Part shown: piece after piece, positions 38,611 through 52,701 of the stretch
How positions within the stretch are numbered: position 1 is the stretch's first letter
How the letters are laid out: each line of letters opens with the position of its first letter
Origin: Mustelus asterias
Taxonomy: Eukaryota
Direction of reading: 5' to 3'
NCBI RefSeq assembly: GCF_964213995.1
Contig: NW_027590117.1
Span: 868,001 to 932,000 of the forward strand
Length of the DNA stretch: 64,000 nt
The notes under the pieces: model-generated
The model's input: the letters and a program-made list of their open reading frames with translations, nothing else
The model's database searches: none
What the model was told of the DNA's origin: nothing
Position numbers and translations under genes: made by a program

Positions 38611-40759
38611 GAAATGCAGAGTATTCCATAATTATATAGTCTTGCTGAGACAGCAGCTGGACTATTGTGTGCAGTATTGTTCTCCTTACCGAAAGAAAGA
38701 TATGACTGCCATAAAGGGAGTGGAATGAAGGTTTACGAAATGAATTCCTTGGTTGGAGGGATTGTTGTATGAGTAAAAACAAGAAACACCAGGTGTTTAT
38801 TTTCTGGCATTGAAAAGAATGAGAGTTGCTGACATTCAAGCATACAACAATCTTACAGGGCTCAATAGGGTAGAAGCAGGAAGTCTGCTTTCCCTGGCTG
38901 GTGTGTTTGGAACCAAAGGATACAAACTCAGAATAAGGGGTAGCTCATTTAGGACTGAGATGAGGAGGAATTATTTCACTGAGTGGGTGATTCTTTGGAA
39001 TTATCAGTCCAATGGGCTGTGGAGTCTTACTTGTTGATTAAGTTCATGAGTGAGATGGATAGATTTCTACGTATTAGTAACATAAGAGGATATGGCGACA
39101 GAGCAGGGAAATGGTGCTGATGTGGAAAATCAGCCATGACCTCATTGTGTGACAATATGGGCTCAAAGAGCTGAATGGCCGACTCTTGCTCACAATTCAC
39201 ATCTTTAATTATGTTTCAGCATGGTCATCATTTTGTGACTGTAATTAATGAGAAATGAGTACAAGGTTCTTTTTGTATCCTGTCGCAATGTGACTGTGGC
39301 TTTAAATCGAGAGCAGAGCATGTCCACAGCTACTGACTGACCCTTTATTTCCCCAAAGACTTTCCACAATTGAAAAGCCACATGTCAGGTCAGAGATGGA
39401 ATACTCTCCACTCACTGGGTAAGTGCATCTCCAACAACATGAAATAATCTCAAAAACAAAATAATATTTTGGGTTTCACTTGCACACCAGCTTCAGCATT
39501 TAATTCCTCAGCCACTGGTGCACAATGTGTACCATCCCTGAGATACACTGCAACAACTCAGTGAGGCTGAGTGTGGGACTCAATCTGCATCTCTCCATCT
39601 CTTTTAAAGAATGAGATTAATTTTGTGCCTGTAAGTATTGGACACTGTATACCAAAGAAATTTTTATCATGTATTTGTCTCTGTTGTCAGTCTGCATGTG
39701 TGAGATTAGCTGAACATGATTTTGTGACTCAGGTACTATGTCAGTCTCAGCTGTTGTATGTTAATATGGGGTTAATTCTGTTCCACAGTTTGCCATGAAG
39801 TCAACATGAGTTTGATTTCAGTTTTGCAGTCTTCAGATTTTGAGTAAGAACATGAGTGTGTGATTCATACTGTTTGGATCCATCCCTGGTACAGCAGCTT
39901 GAAGTTATTTTCCTTCTGCATCTCTGTTCCTGTGGTGCTGTGTATGACTACAGAATACATTCTGTAAATGTTACTTGCTGATATAGTGTGAGTGTGGAGT
40001 GAATTTTGTTTCACTTTTCCTCTGATGAACGTTTGGGTGTAAGAATCATTCTGTAGTTGTCATTCCCGAGTATGTTATGGAATTCCTTGTTCTTCCATCT
40101 GTCTCTTGGGAATTTGTGAATGTAGGACTAAATTTACATCTGTGATTCTCTCGTTATCGATGCGAGTGTAGGAATCAATCCTCATACAGTTGTTCCTTGT
40201 GATGTATTGAAATGTGGGATACTTTTGCACTTTAAATTTACATGCATTTCAGGCACTGTATTAGAAACTATTTATTTAAAACATAATGCATTGATATTTG
40301 TTTGCCATTTGATTCAATTTATCATATGGATTTGGGTACATTTTACAGTCATGGGTTTTATTCAGTAGCTGTTTTTAAGTTGTGCAAATGGTATTCAATT
40401 TATAGCTCTGTGAATGGTAACATTTGGATACATAACCTGGTAATTAATTACTGCAGTTTGTCGTAACAGAATTGTCATTGCATCTTTCAGTTTGACTCAT
40501 TGAGGTTTTTGGATTGGTTTATAAAATGTATCAATGCCTATATTCTGAGGTAATTAATTGCAATTATTTTTAGTCTCACAACATCATTTTTTGCCTATTC
40601 TGGCTGTGAATTCTTATTCAATTTGTGACCAACATGACACAATGTCTTATATCTGTGAGTGGGTGTGTTTTGTTAAAGTCCTGTCATTGATGTATCTACC
40701 TGTCAGCCAAATGTAATATTGAGAAGTTTGCACTTGACACAAAGCTCAACGTGAATGTG

Positions 40760-41605
40760 TGTTGGAAGAAAGATACAAAGAAGCTTCAGGAGGATTTGGA
40801 CAGAAGTAGTGAGAGGTTCAGAACATTGCAGATGGAATATCATGTGGAATGTGTGAGATTTTTCATTTTCGCAGAAGGAACAGATGTTCAGAGTATTTCT
40901 TCAATGCTAAGAGATTAGAAAGTGTCGATGTACAAAGGGACATGTGTATCCTCATTAATAAGTCAGTGGAGGCTAATAAAGAAATGAAGCAGGTAATTTG
41001 GAAGGTTAATGGTGCGTTGGTCTTTATTGCAAGAGGATCTGAGTACAGGAGGAGTCGTGAAGCCTTGGTTGAATTGTATAGCAGTGTTATTAGATTGCAT
41101 CTGGAATACTGTGTGCAGTTTCGGTCCCCTCACCTTACGAAGAATATTATTGCCTCAGAGGGAGTGCAATGACCGTTCAGCAGATTTGTTCCAGGAATGG
41201 TGGGGCTGTCTTATGAAGAAATCCTGGGGAAACAGGGCCTGTAGTTCACAGAAACCAACAAAGTATTTAAAAGGGTATACATGGTAGATGCAGGCGAGAT
41301 GTTTCCCCTGGTTGGGAGTCTAGACACAATTTTAAAATAAGGGCAAATCCTCTTTGGACCGAGATCTGCATTTCTTTTTACTCAGCGTTGTGAACCTTTG
41401 GAATTCTGTAGCTCAGAGGGCTGTGGAAGTTCACACACAGAGTAAACATTCATGTAGACATTGACAGATTTCTAAATCTCAATGTCAAAAAGGGAAATTG
41501 GGGATAGAGAGGGGAAAGAGCATTGAAGGGGATGGTCAGCCATAATCAGATTGAATGGTGGTGCAGGCTCAATGGGCTGAATGATCAACTCCTGATCCTA
41601 TGTCC
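40760..41605 (+). mobile_element. Degenerate CR1 3' fragment
   Basis: RLHLEYCVQFRSP motif and 3' UTR. Confidence 0.7.
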
Positions 41606-42469
41606 CACATTGGTGGGGAAGGAAATTTTAAAAAGCCTCTTTTCTTGTTCAACTCTTGGATTGAAAAGTTGTCTCTGACCTTGCAAACAATGTGGGGCTG
41701 AATACTTCTCTTTGTGACAGTGAACCCAATGAGTTGGCAGTATCTCTGTGCTCTGTGAATGATACTGGAACTGCTTTGTGCTGGAACTGGCTTGATGAAA
41801 TTGTGCTTGTGCCGAGGAATCATCTGAGACCTTCAAATATCTGCCTGTAAAAAGAAAAATAACTAACTTAACTGAGGAACAGATGAAATAAGAGCTACAA
41901 AAGTTGTCGATATAACTTCACAAATCACAATTATTTAGGAACCTGGGTAAAAAGAAAACCATCAGCACAAACAATATTTGAGATCACTTCACTAATACAC
42001 CAAACTGCTTTTGCTCACTGGGTGTTTGGGGCGAGTTTAAAACAATTTTGTGACATTCAGAAACAGCCCAATGCATGCACTGCTGATTGAGTTGAGCTGT
42101 GCGAAGCAGCAGTAACCTTTGCACGGGTCAGATATCTATTTCCTGCTCCCACTTTAAACAAATATCGAAAAATAAGCAAGCAGCCAATTTGTAAACCCTC
42201 TCCTTCCCACTCCAAACCTGCTGCCTGCAGTAGATCTTGTTTATACGGCTGCTCTCATGGTTATTGAGCAGCTACATTTCCGCTGTTCATTGTACAATAA
42301 TAATAACAAACATTGGGAGATGGGAACTAAATGAGGCACCTTCCCGGCGGTTTGGGAGTGAAAACAGCAACAATGTTGAATAATGAGTTCTTGCCACTGT
42401 GGCCCCCTGGCCTTGTTCAGAACCTGTCTATGCATTGCCTCCCCCGTTAAGAACGTGGCTTTGATATTG

Positions 42470-42955
42470 CCTCCCCCTTCTCTCCACCTCCCCCAATTCT
42501 CTCCACCCCCCACTTCTGTCCATTCCCCCACGTCTCGCCCCCCCCAACCCCCATCACCCCCCCCACCCCCCTCGACCCCACCCCCACCCCCCCACCCCCC
42601 TCCCCACACCCCCCTCCCCACACCCCCACCCCCCTCCCCACCCCCCACCCCCCTCCCCACCCCCCCCACCCCCCTCCCCACCCCCCCACCCCCCTCCCCA
42701 CCCCACCCCGCCCACCCCCCTCCCCACCCCCCCCACCCCCCTCCCACCCCCCTCCCCACCCCCTCCACCCCCCTCCCCACCCCCCCACCCCCCTCCCCAC
42801 CACCCTCCCCACCCCCCCACCCCACCCACCCGCCTCCCCACCCCCCTCCCCCCTATCCACCCCCCCACCCCCCTCCCCACCCCCCCCACCCCGCTCCCCA
42901 CCCCCCACCCCCCTCCCCACCCCCCCAGCCCCCCCCACCCCCCTCCCCACCCCCA
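42470..42955. repeat. C-rich low-complexity tract (CCCCCTCCCCACCCC)n
   Basis: Directly visible. Confidence 0.95.
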
Positions 42956-43469
42956 GACTGACAGATACAGAATGAACTCCACACATCCATTCAGCACCAG
43001 AGACTGACGGATACAGATTGAGATCCGTGCACCTTTACAGCAGCAGATGTTAACAGGTACAGAGTTAAACTCACATTCCCACACAGTACCAGGCACTGAC
43101 AGTGGATGAGAAGTTCACACTCAGACAAAGAAGCCCAGACTGAATCAATTTCACACTGACGTACAGTGTTAGAAAATGACAGTGACAGAGTGAATCTCTT
43201 TTAGATACAGTTCCAGAAAGTGACAAGTACAGAATAAGTTCAGCATGGTGCATGTGACACATGCACAGTTAATTCAACACTGCCTTCTATCCACAGGGAG
43301 AGAATCAATACACTCACTCACATGCCTCACGATCGAACAGATACACAATGAATCCCCAGAAACAAATGAGTCCAATACTCAAATATAGAATGAATCCAAC
43401 ACTCAAACATGGTCAGAGGAAGTCAGATACAAATTCACATAATGTACTCCATACTTACAAACAGTGAAT

Positions 43470-43600
43470 TAATCCCACACAGACACACACTGTATCAGAG
43501 AGTGAGTAAATCCCATACTCACACACTCTGTCAGACAGTGAGTAAATCCCACACTCACACACTGTGTCAGAGAGTGAGTAAATCCCACACTCACACACAT
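43470..43600. repeat. 36-bp tandem repeat, ~3.5 copies
   Basis: AGTGAGTAAATCCCACACTCACACACTGTGTCAGAG units. Confidence 0.85.
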
Positions 43601-43794
43601 TACCAGAGATTCACAGTTCCGGAAGGAATCCCACACTCCCGCAAAGTCCCTCTGTGGAGAAGGGTCCCTCACACCGACAGCCAGGCGACATTTCCCGGTG
43701 GTTCTTTACACACTGAGAAACTGGCGCTGGAGATTCTTTGTGAAATGTATTTCCTGATTGTAGTAAGGGGGCTTGTGATTGGCGGAAACACCTC

Positions 43795-43932
43795 AATCTG
43801 ATTGGTCTATTTACATATCCACTCAAATGAACCCCCGGTTAAGTGACTGTAATAACTTTCAAAATGTCCAATCACAATCTTTGCTTTCCCAATTCCTCAT
43901 TAGCATAGTTCTGTGGGACTGTCTATTTAATC
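43795..43932 (+). promoter_or_regulatory. H2B promoter (CCAAT, octamer-like, TATA)
   Basis: ATTGG 43801, CCAATC 43868, CTCATTAGCAT ~43896, TATTTAA ~43924. Confidence 0.7.
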
Positions 43933-43975
43933 AGCGCTCGGAAGGGGTTTGCTTTATTTCTGTATGAAATTGAAG

Positions 43976-44866
<891 letters not shown>

Positions 44867-46234
44867 AACTCCCCATGGACTGAAAAACACCCCAAACACA
44901 ACGGCTCTTTTAAGAGCCACCCACAATCTCTGTGAAAAAGCTGCGCCATCTTTTCCCGGATTGAGTGAATGAGAAATGTCTTTCTGGAGGACAGAGATTT
45001 GTCCCGGTGCAGAATGCTGTGAATGGGGCTTCAGACCCGCCCCTTGCACACACTTTCACATTGGAGGGACAATCAAACTGAACTGAGAGCGGATGTTAAA
45101 TTCCAGTCTCGGATTTATGATGGACAATGAGGAGAAACACCACATCGGAAGGTTGTTCTTTAGATTTAATGATAACTATATTCACAGTTTCGCAGCAGCA
45201 GAATTAAATTCATAATACGATTATTTATTCGTTATTTCGGGTGATCTGGGAGCCGCTCCCGGAACAGAGTAAAGACGGGAATGAAAAGGTTATTTTCGGG
45301 CTGATCTGTTTATTCCGCAGCTTTCCCAGAGGACGGAATCAGCGAGATTTCTGCACACACAGGACCGGAGTTCATTGCAGCGCTTTAAGGTCTGCCTCCC
45401 CCCGGCGCTCCCTATTCTCCGGACACAAAGCTGCCTGTTCCAACGGCGGGATCGGGCCGGGGATTCTCTCCGCACTTCCCATTGTAACATTCCCGGCCGA
45501 TTTCAGGGGATAGGATCAGAAATCAGCCGTTTCTCTCTGTCCCTGTGAAGCCTGTGTGAAGGAGTTGGTTGGAAATCTCTCTGTTTCTGCTTTTCCACTG
45601 AGCTGAGATTTGCTCCGTTTTAAATTGCTGAACGGGGTCTGATTACCGCCGGTTACAGATAAGAGATTGAGAAATTCAAACTGTTCCTAAAATAGCGCCA
45701 GGATTCTGAGGGAAAATACAATAAACAGATTATAAAGTGTGAGATTGAAATAGTTTCCTGAACATTCAGGCGTTCCGTTATTTTGTATTTTTCCTGCACT
45801 GAAATTGGCGGGCTTTTCCAGTTTCAAAATGTGAACCAATCAAAACCTCCCATTTCTTCGACCTGGCTCTCCGATTGGTTAAGAATGTGATTGAAATGTG
45901 AGTGACCAATCAGAGCTCCGAGTCTGGCTGCAGCCTCACAAACCGCTCACAATGATTCTGAATAGAGATTCAACTGACGGAATCTGTATTTGAGATAGTG
46001 AATGTACTTTGTTTCCACAGACAAATATTTGAATGAACCATAATAAATGTGATATTTCCTCCGCACAAGTTACAGAGAAGAGAGTCGCCAGCACCTTCTC
46101 ACACACAGTCCGTACATTGTCACTGACGGAGCTCATCAGTTCCACAGTCTCAGGCAGCAGAAATAATTCCAGAGACGCCTTTTCAAGTCACTGCTCAAAC
46201 AGCAGCAGAGACAGGTGTTGTGTCCATATCATGC

Positions 46235-48988
46235 ATCCGGAACAAGGTAGATGAACTTGGGGCGTGGATTGGTACTTGGGACTACGATGTTGTGGCCATT
46301 ACGGAGACGTGGGTAGAACAAGGACAGGAATGGTTGTTGGACGTTCCGGGGTATAGATGTTTCACTAAGTGTAGGGAAGCTGGTAAAAGAGGTGGAGGAG
46401 TGGCATTGTTAATCAAGGATAGTTTAACGGCTGCGGAAAGGCACTTCGTGGGGGATCTGCACACTGAGGTAATATGGGCTGAAGTTAGAAATAGGAAAGG
46501 AGCGGTCACGTTGCTAGGAGTTTACTATAGGCCCCCAAATAGTAATAGAGATGTGGAAGAAGAAATTGCTAAGCAGATTATGGATATGTGTGGGGGTCAC
46601 AGGGTAGTTGTCATGGGGGACTTTAACTTTCCAAATATTGATTGGAACCTTTGTAGGTCAAATAGTTTGGATGGGGCAGTTTTTGTGCAGTGTGTGCGGG
46701 AGGGTTTCCTGACACAATATGTGGATGGGCCGACTAGAGGTGAGGCCACATTGGATTTGGTACTGGGAAATGAACCGGGCCAAGTGTTAGATTTGGTTGT
46801 GGGAGAGCAATTTGGAGATAGTGACCACAATTCGGTGTCTTTTGTTATTGCAATGGAGAGGGATAGGGCCGTACGGCAGGGCAAGGTTTACAATTGGGGG
46901 AGGGGTAATTATGATGCGATTAGGCAAGAATTAGGGGGCATACGTTGGGAACAGAAACTGTCAGAGAAAGGAACTAATGAAAAGTGGAACTTTTTCAAGG
47001 AACAAATACTGGATGTCCTTGATAGGTATGTTCCTGTCAGGCAGGGAGGAAATGGCCGAGTGAGGGAACCATGGTTCACAAAAGAGGTGGAATGTCTTGT
47101 GAAAAGGAAGAGGGAAGCTTATGTAGGGATGAGGAAACAAGGTTCAGATGGCTCAATTGAGGGTTACAAGTTAGCAAGGAATGAGCTGAAAAAGGGGCTT
47201 AGGAGAGCTAGGAGGGGACATGAGAAGTCCTTGGCGGGTCGGATCAAGGAAAACCCCAAGGCTTTTTACTCTTATGTGAGGAATAAAAGAATGACCAGGG
47301 TGAGGTTAGGGCCGGTCAAGGACAGTAGTGGGAACTTGTGTATGGAGTCAGTAGAGATAGGCGAGGTGATGAATGAATACTTTTCTTCAGTGTTCACCAA
47401 GGAGAGGGGCCATGTTTTTGAGGAAGAGAAGGTGTTACAGGCTAATAGGCTGGAGGAAATAGATGTTCGGAGGGAGGATGTCTTGGCAGTTTTGAATAAA
47501 CTGAAGGTCGATAAGTCCCCTGGGCCTGATGAAATGTATCCTAGGATTCTTTGGGAGGCAAGGGATGAGATTGCAGAGCCTTTGGCGTTGATCTTTGGGT
47601 CCTCGCTGTCCACGGGGATGGTGCCAGAGGACTGGAGAGTGGCGAATGTTGTTCCTCTGTTTAAGAAAGGGAATAGAAATGACCCTGGTAATTATAGACC
47701 GGTTAGTCTTACTTCGGTGGTTGGTAAATTGATGGAAAGGGTCCTTAGGGATGGGATTTGCGACCATTTAGAAAGATGCGGATTAATCCGAGATAGTCAG
47801 CACGGATTCGTGAAGGGCAAGTCGTGCCTCACAAATTTGATAGAATTTTTTGAGGAGGTAACTAAGTGTGTAGATGAAGGTAGGGCAGTTGATGTCATAT
47901 ACATGGATTTTAGTAAGGCGTTTGATAAGGTCCCCCATGGTCGGCTTATGATGAAAGTGAGGAGGTGTGGGATAGAGGGAAAGTTGGCCGATTGGATAGG
48001 CAACTGGCTGTCTGACCGAAGACAGAGGGTGGTGGTCGATGGAAAATTTTCGGATTGGAGGCAGGTTGCTAGCGGTGTGCCGCAGGGATCAGTGCTTGGT
48101 CCTCTGCTCTTTGTGATTTTTATTAATGACTTAGAGGAGGGGGCTGAAGGGTGGATCAGTAAATTTGCTGATGACACCAAGATTGGTGGAGTAGTGGATG
48201 AGGTGGAGGGCTGTTGTAGGCTGCAAAGAGACATAGATAGGATGCAAAGCTGGGCTGAAAAATGGCAAATGGAGTTTAACCCTGATAAATGTGAGGTGAT
48301 TCATTTTGGTAGGACAAATTTAAATGTGGATTACAGGGTCAAAGGTAGGGTTCTGAAGACTGTGGAGGAACAGAGAGATCATGGGGTCCATATCCACAGA
48401 TCTCTAAAGGTTGCCACTCAAGTGGATAGAGCTGTGAAGAAGGCCTGTAGTGTGTTAGCTTTTATTAACAGGGGGTTGGAGTTTAAGAGCCGTGGGGTTA
48501 TGCTGCAACTGTACAGGACCTTGGTGAGACCACATTTGGAATATTGTGTGCAGTTCTGGTCACCTCACTATAGGAGGGATGTGGAAGCGCTGGAAGGAGT
48601 GCAGAGGAGATTTACCAGGATGCTGCCTGGTTTGGAGGGTAGGTCATATGAGGAAAGGTTGAGGGAGCTAGGGCTATTCTCTCTGGAGCGGAGGATACTG
48701 AGGGGAGACTTAATAGAGGTGTATAAAATGATGAAGGGGATAGATAGAGTGAACGTTCAAAGACTATTTCCTCGGGTGGATGGAGCTATTACAAGGGGGC
48801 ATAACTATAGGGTTCGTGGTGGGAGATACAGGACGGATATCAGAGGTAGGTTCTTTACGCAGAGAGTGGTTGGGGTGTGGAATGGACTGCCTGCAGTGAT
48901 AGTGGAGTCAGACACTTTAGAAACATTTAAGCGGTTATTGGACAGGCACATGGAGCACACCAGGATGATAGGGAGTGGGATAGCTTGA
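46235..48988 (+). CDS. CR1 ORF2: APE endonuclease + reverse transcriptase (lacks native start)
   Basis: VAITETW, GDFN, SDHN endonuclease motifs; YMDFSKAFDKVPH, GVPQGSVLGP, FADD RT motifs. Confidence 0.9.
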   Translation: MRNKVDELGAWIGTWDYDVVAITETWVEQGQEWLLDVPGYRCFTKCREAGKRGGGVALLIKDSLTAAERHFVGDLHTEVIWAEVRNRKGAVTLLGVYYRPPNSNRDVEEEIAKQIMDMCGGHRVVVMGDFNFPNIDWNLCRSNSLDGAVFVQCVREGFLTQYVDGPTRGEATLDLVLGNEPGQVLDLVVGEQFGDSDHNSVSFVIAMERDRAVRQGKVYNWGRGNYDAIRQELGGIRWEQKLSEKGTNEKWNFFKEQILDVLDRYVPVRQGGNGRVREPWFTKEVECLVKRKREAYVGMRKQGSDGSIEGYKLARNELKKGLRRARRGHEKSLAGRIKENPKAFYSYVRNKRMTRVRLGPVKDSSGNLCMESVEIGEVMNEYFSSVFTKERGHVFEEEKVLQANRLEEIDVRREDVLAVLNKLKVDKSPGPDEMYPRILWEARDEIAEPLALIFGSSLSTGMVPEDWRVANVVPLFKKGNRNDPGNYRPVSLTSVVGKLMERVLRDGICDHLERCGLIRDSQHGFVKGKSCLTNLIEFFEEVTKCVDEGRAVDVIYMDFSKAFDKVPHGRLMMKVRRCGIEGKLADWIGNWLSDRRQRVVVDGKFSDWRQVASGVPQGSVLGPLLFVIFINDLEEGAEGWISKFADDTKIGGVVDEVEGCCRLQRDIDRMQSWAEKWQMEFNPDKCEVIHFGRTNLNVDYRVKGRVLKTVEEQRDHGVHIHRSLKVATQVDRAVKKACSVLAFINRGLEFKSRGVMLQLYRTLVRPHLEYCVQFWSPHYRRDVEALEGVQRRFTRMLPGLEGRSYEERLRELGLFSLERRILRGDLIEVYKMMKGIDRVNVQRLFPRVDGAITRGHNYRVRGGRYRTDIRGRFFTQRVVGVWNGLPAVIVESDTLETFKRLLDRHMEHTRMIGSGIA

Positions 48989-49070
48989 TCTTGGTTTCAG
49001 ATAAAGTTCGGCACAACATCGTGGGCCGAAGGGCCTGTTCTGTGCTGTACTGTTCTATGTTCTATGTTCT
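46235..49070 (+). mobile_element. Young CR1/HER1-type LINE, 5'-truncated at the very start of ORF2
   Basis: Uninterrupted ORF to 48988; (TTCTATG)n tail; ATGC at both junctions (46231-46234, 49071-49074). Confidence 0.95.
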
Positions 49071-49085
49071 ATGCCCAGCTCTCGT

Positions 49086-49153
49086 ACCAGGATGGTCGAG
49101 TGGTTAAGGCGTTGGATTTATAGATCCAATGGGTTTGAACCCCACTCTTGGCA
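49086..49153 (+). pseudogene. tRNA-Leu(TAA) pseudogene, variable arm deleted
   Basis: ACCAGGATGGTCGAGTGGTTAAGGCGTTGGATTTATAGATCCAATGGGTTTGAACCCC; deletion between two ATGG. Confidence 0.85.
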
Positions 49154-49312
49154 AATGGATTTTTAACACTACATTCTGCACCCTCTCCTTTCGTTCTCCC
49201 CTATCTACTCCATGAACGGTATGCTTTTTCTGTATAGCGCGCAAGAAACAAGATTTTCACTGCATACCAATTCATGAAACAAGAAGTAATCAAATCAAAC
49301 TCTGTACCATCG

Positions 49313-50095
49313 AGTCATAGAGGTTTACAGCATGGAAATAGGCCCTTCGGCCCAACTTGTCCATGACGCCCTTTTTTAACGGCTAAACTAGTCCCAATTG
49401 CCCGCACTTGGCTCATATCCCTCGATAGCCACTTACTCATGTAACTGTCTAAACGCTTTTTAAAAGACAAAATTTTATACTCCTCCATTACTACATCTGG
49501 CAGCTCGTTCCAAACACTCACCACCCTCTGTGTGAAAAAATTGCCCCTCACTTCCCTTTTGTACCGCTGCCCTCTCACCTTAAACCTATGTCCTCTAGTT
49601 TTAGACTCCCCTACTTTTGGAAAAAATATATTGACTGTCGAACTGACCTGTGCCCCTCATTATTTTATGGACCTCGAAGATCATCCCTCAGCCGACTATG
49701 CTCCAGAGAAAGAAATCCCAGTCTATCCAGCTCTCCTTATAACTCAAACCATCAAGTTCTGGTAGCATCCTAGTAAATCTTTTCTGTGCTTTCTATATTA
49801 GGGTGACCAGAACTGTACACAGTATACCAAATGTGGCCTTACCAATGTCTGATACAACTTCAAAAGACGTCCCAACTCCTGTATTCAATGTTCTGACCAA
49901 TGAAACCAAGAATGCCGAATACCTTCTTCACCTCTCTGTCCACCTGTGACTCCACTTTCAATGAGCTGTGAACATGTACCCCTAGATCGTTTTGTTCTAT
50001 ACTCTCCCCAACGCCCTACCATTAACTAAGTAGGTCCTGCCCTGATTCAATCTGTGAAAATGCATCACCTTGCATTTATCTAAATTAAACTCCAC
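49313..50095 (-). mobile_element. CR1 3' fragment
   Basis: FFTQRVVSVWNELP; 3' UTR like 2836-3240. Confidence 0.85.
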
Positions 50096-52629
50096 TGTAC
50101 CACTGATAGGGGGATCCATAAAGCCCAATCCAAATTGTCATCCACAATCAGATCATCACTGTGTCAATCCCACAGTACTGCAGCCTTACCTCCAAATTAA
50201 ATATCAGATAAAACTGACAGATGGTTTTCGGTTTAAAATTAGACAATTAACCTTAATAATGCACTCTGAGATTCGAGATCAATACCAGTCATATCACCCA
50301 CATCAGGGGTTTAGAAGTTACTGTACTAATCCTCATAGTGAGTCCTCACAAATATATTCGATACAACTCCAAATCTGAAGTACAGATTCTCAGATTGGGA
50401 TATTCTGAAAGCTCGTCTAACCTGGGATACAACTCAGATTCCAGTTGAAAACTCACCCAGATTATGAAACTAAGAGTTGCAATATCAATTTGATGACTAT
50501 GAACTGAAATATAAATTATTAACTCATCCTAAATCCTCACTCACATTGGGCCAGATGGAAGACACTGTCAAATTCCAGGTTGGACTCCATTTTGTATTCA
50601 TGTCAAAATTCTTATTCGGAATCCGACTGAGTGTCACAGATCAAATCAAGGTGAACAACCTGAGTGAAACCTGCATAGCAATCCAGTATCAGATTGAAGG
50701 ATACATTATCTTTCACAATTGTGTTCACACTGACAGAGATTTAATGCTGGACCGAAGCTCACTCACATTGTTTTTTTAAAACCTACTGCATCAGTGGCCT
50801 GTTTCTGTGCTGGAAAGTTATTTGGAATTAATCCAAACTTATAAATAGCCCCAGGGACTGAATGTGATTTAATTCATCCCAAACTAACACGAAATAGCAA
50901 AGACTGATAAATAAGAGAATCGTTCTCAATCACGTGTTCAGTGTCAGGAGCTGAAAAATACAGGCTGTTCACTGCACTCACTCACTGGAGCTGTCATGAA
51001 TGATACGATAAACATGACACACACCAATTGTATCACTGAGAGATTTGGAAAGAATCCCAGTCTCACATTGAGTAATGAATACAAATGGACTATCAGAGAG
51101 AGAGAGAGAGAGAGATGTGACTGAAAAATCTCAACTGAAACCATCAGTTTAAACAGCAGTATAGACTTGCAAACATAATGAGTTCCGCTGATAGGTACAG
51201 CATTAAGCTGATGTTCTACAAACAGTACCAGGGAACATAAAGCATATGTTTCACAAACAGCACCAGGGGACTTAAAGGTATTAATTATTCCAACATTTAT
51301 ATAAAATTATCACAGACATAGAGAGGCATTGACAGATCTAGAATGATCCCACACTCACACACTTCATGAGTGTGAGACACCCTCAGAAAAAACGCCAGAC
51401 AATTTCAGATACAGAATGGTACCAGATCCTGAAACAAGTGAATTAATTCTAACACTGATTGTGTGACTTGGGCAACTCATATCTACGGGGATGCAGTGAA
51501 TCATAGGGACAAATCGTACCATATACACCACCAGGCAGGTCACTACTGCACAATATGATTCTGCAATGGGACAACTTGACTAAACAATCCCGATTGTGCT
51601 CAGAATTACACTGACAATGGGACCAGAAAAGCAGATTTTTAAAAAAATGATCTCCCAGTTAAGACGGAGGTGAGGAGGAACCTTTTTGATCAGTTGTTTT
51701 TATTTCATTTTGTGCATTCTTCAGATTCGGGCATTGCTGGTTTGGTCAGGATTTATTGCTCATCTGAACTGCATGCTTCGACTGCTGGCATCAATGTCAT
51801 GCAGGTACACCCACAGTGCTGTTTGGGGGGAGGGGGTGGGGTAGTTGGAATGCAAACTCCCTGGATTCTTATCTGCTGACGCTGAAGGAATGACAATATA
51901 TTTCCAAGTCCGGATAGTGAGTTGTATGGAGGGAAAATTCCAGGTGGTGTTGTTCTGAAGTGTCTGCTGCCCTTTTCCTTCCAGGCCATAGTCAAGGTGG
52001 GTTTGGAAGGTGCTGTCAAATGAGCCTTTGTGAATTCCTGCAGTGCATCTTTTGGATAGTGCACACCTCTCTCCCTTTTTGTCGGTGTTGGAGGGATTGA
52101 ATGTTTGTGGATGGAAGCAAATTAAGTCAGATATTTTGTACTGGATGGTGTCAAACGGCTCGTGTTGTTGAAGTTGCATTTACCCAGGCAAGCTATGTCT
52201 GGAAACCAGATATTCTAGTTTCCTTCCACAGTCCAAAGATGTGCAGGCTGGGTGGACTGGCCATGCCAGATTGTGCCTACTGTCGTAAGAAGTGCAGGTT
52301 AAGTAGATTAGCGGGGTGGATGCGTGGGGCTGTGTGTACAGAGCCTGAGTGGGATGCTCTGTCGGAGAGTTGGTGCAGCCTCGATGGGCCCCATGGCCTT
52401 CTTCAGCGCTATAGGGATTCTATGATTTTTGGGTCATTTCTCTGTGTCATAAATGCCCTGAGATAAAAAGAGAAAACCTGTCTTTGTGGCATTTACAACA
52501 GTGAGCATGTTGCAAACTAAATTGTTTATTGCAGGCGAGATCTGATGAAAATAACTGTAGCCTGTAAAGAAATAGCAGTGATACTTGCGGGGAGCAGCAA
52601 TTTTTTTTAACTGATCCTGAAAACGTAAA

Positions 52630-52701
52630 TAGCAGAGAATGGTTTCGATCCATCGACCTCTGGGTTATGGGCCCAGCACGCTTCCGCTGCGCCACTCTGC
52701 T
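52630..52701 (-). tRNA. Initiator tRNA-Met(CAT), apparently intact
   Basis: rc AGCAGAGTGGCGCAGCGGAAGCGTGCTGGGCCCATAACCCAGAGGTCGATGGATCGAAACCATTCTCTGCTA, TTTT downstream. Confidence 0.95.

Noticed and set aside
42241-43096. Long Pro-rich and Gly-rich ORFs
   Set aside because: Artefact of the poly-C low-complexity tract
43470-43600. CRISPR-like 36-bp repeats
   Set aside because: Contiguous tandem units with no spacers, vertebrate context
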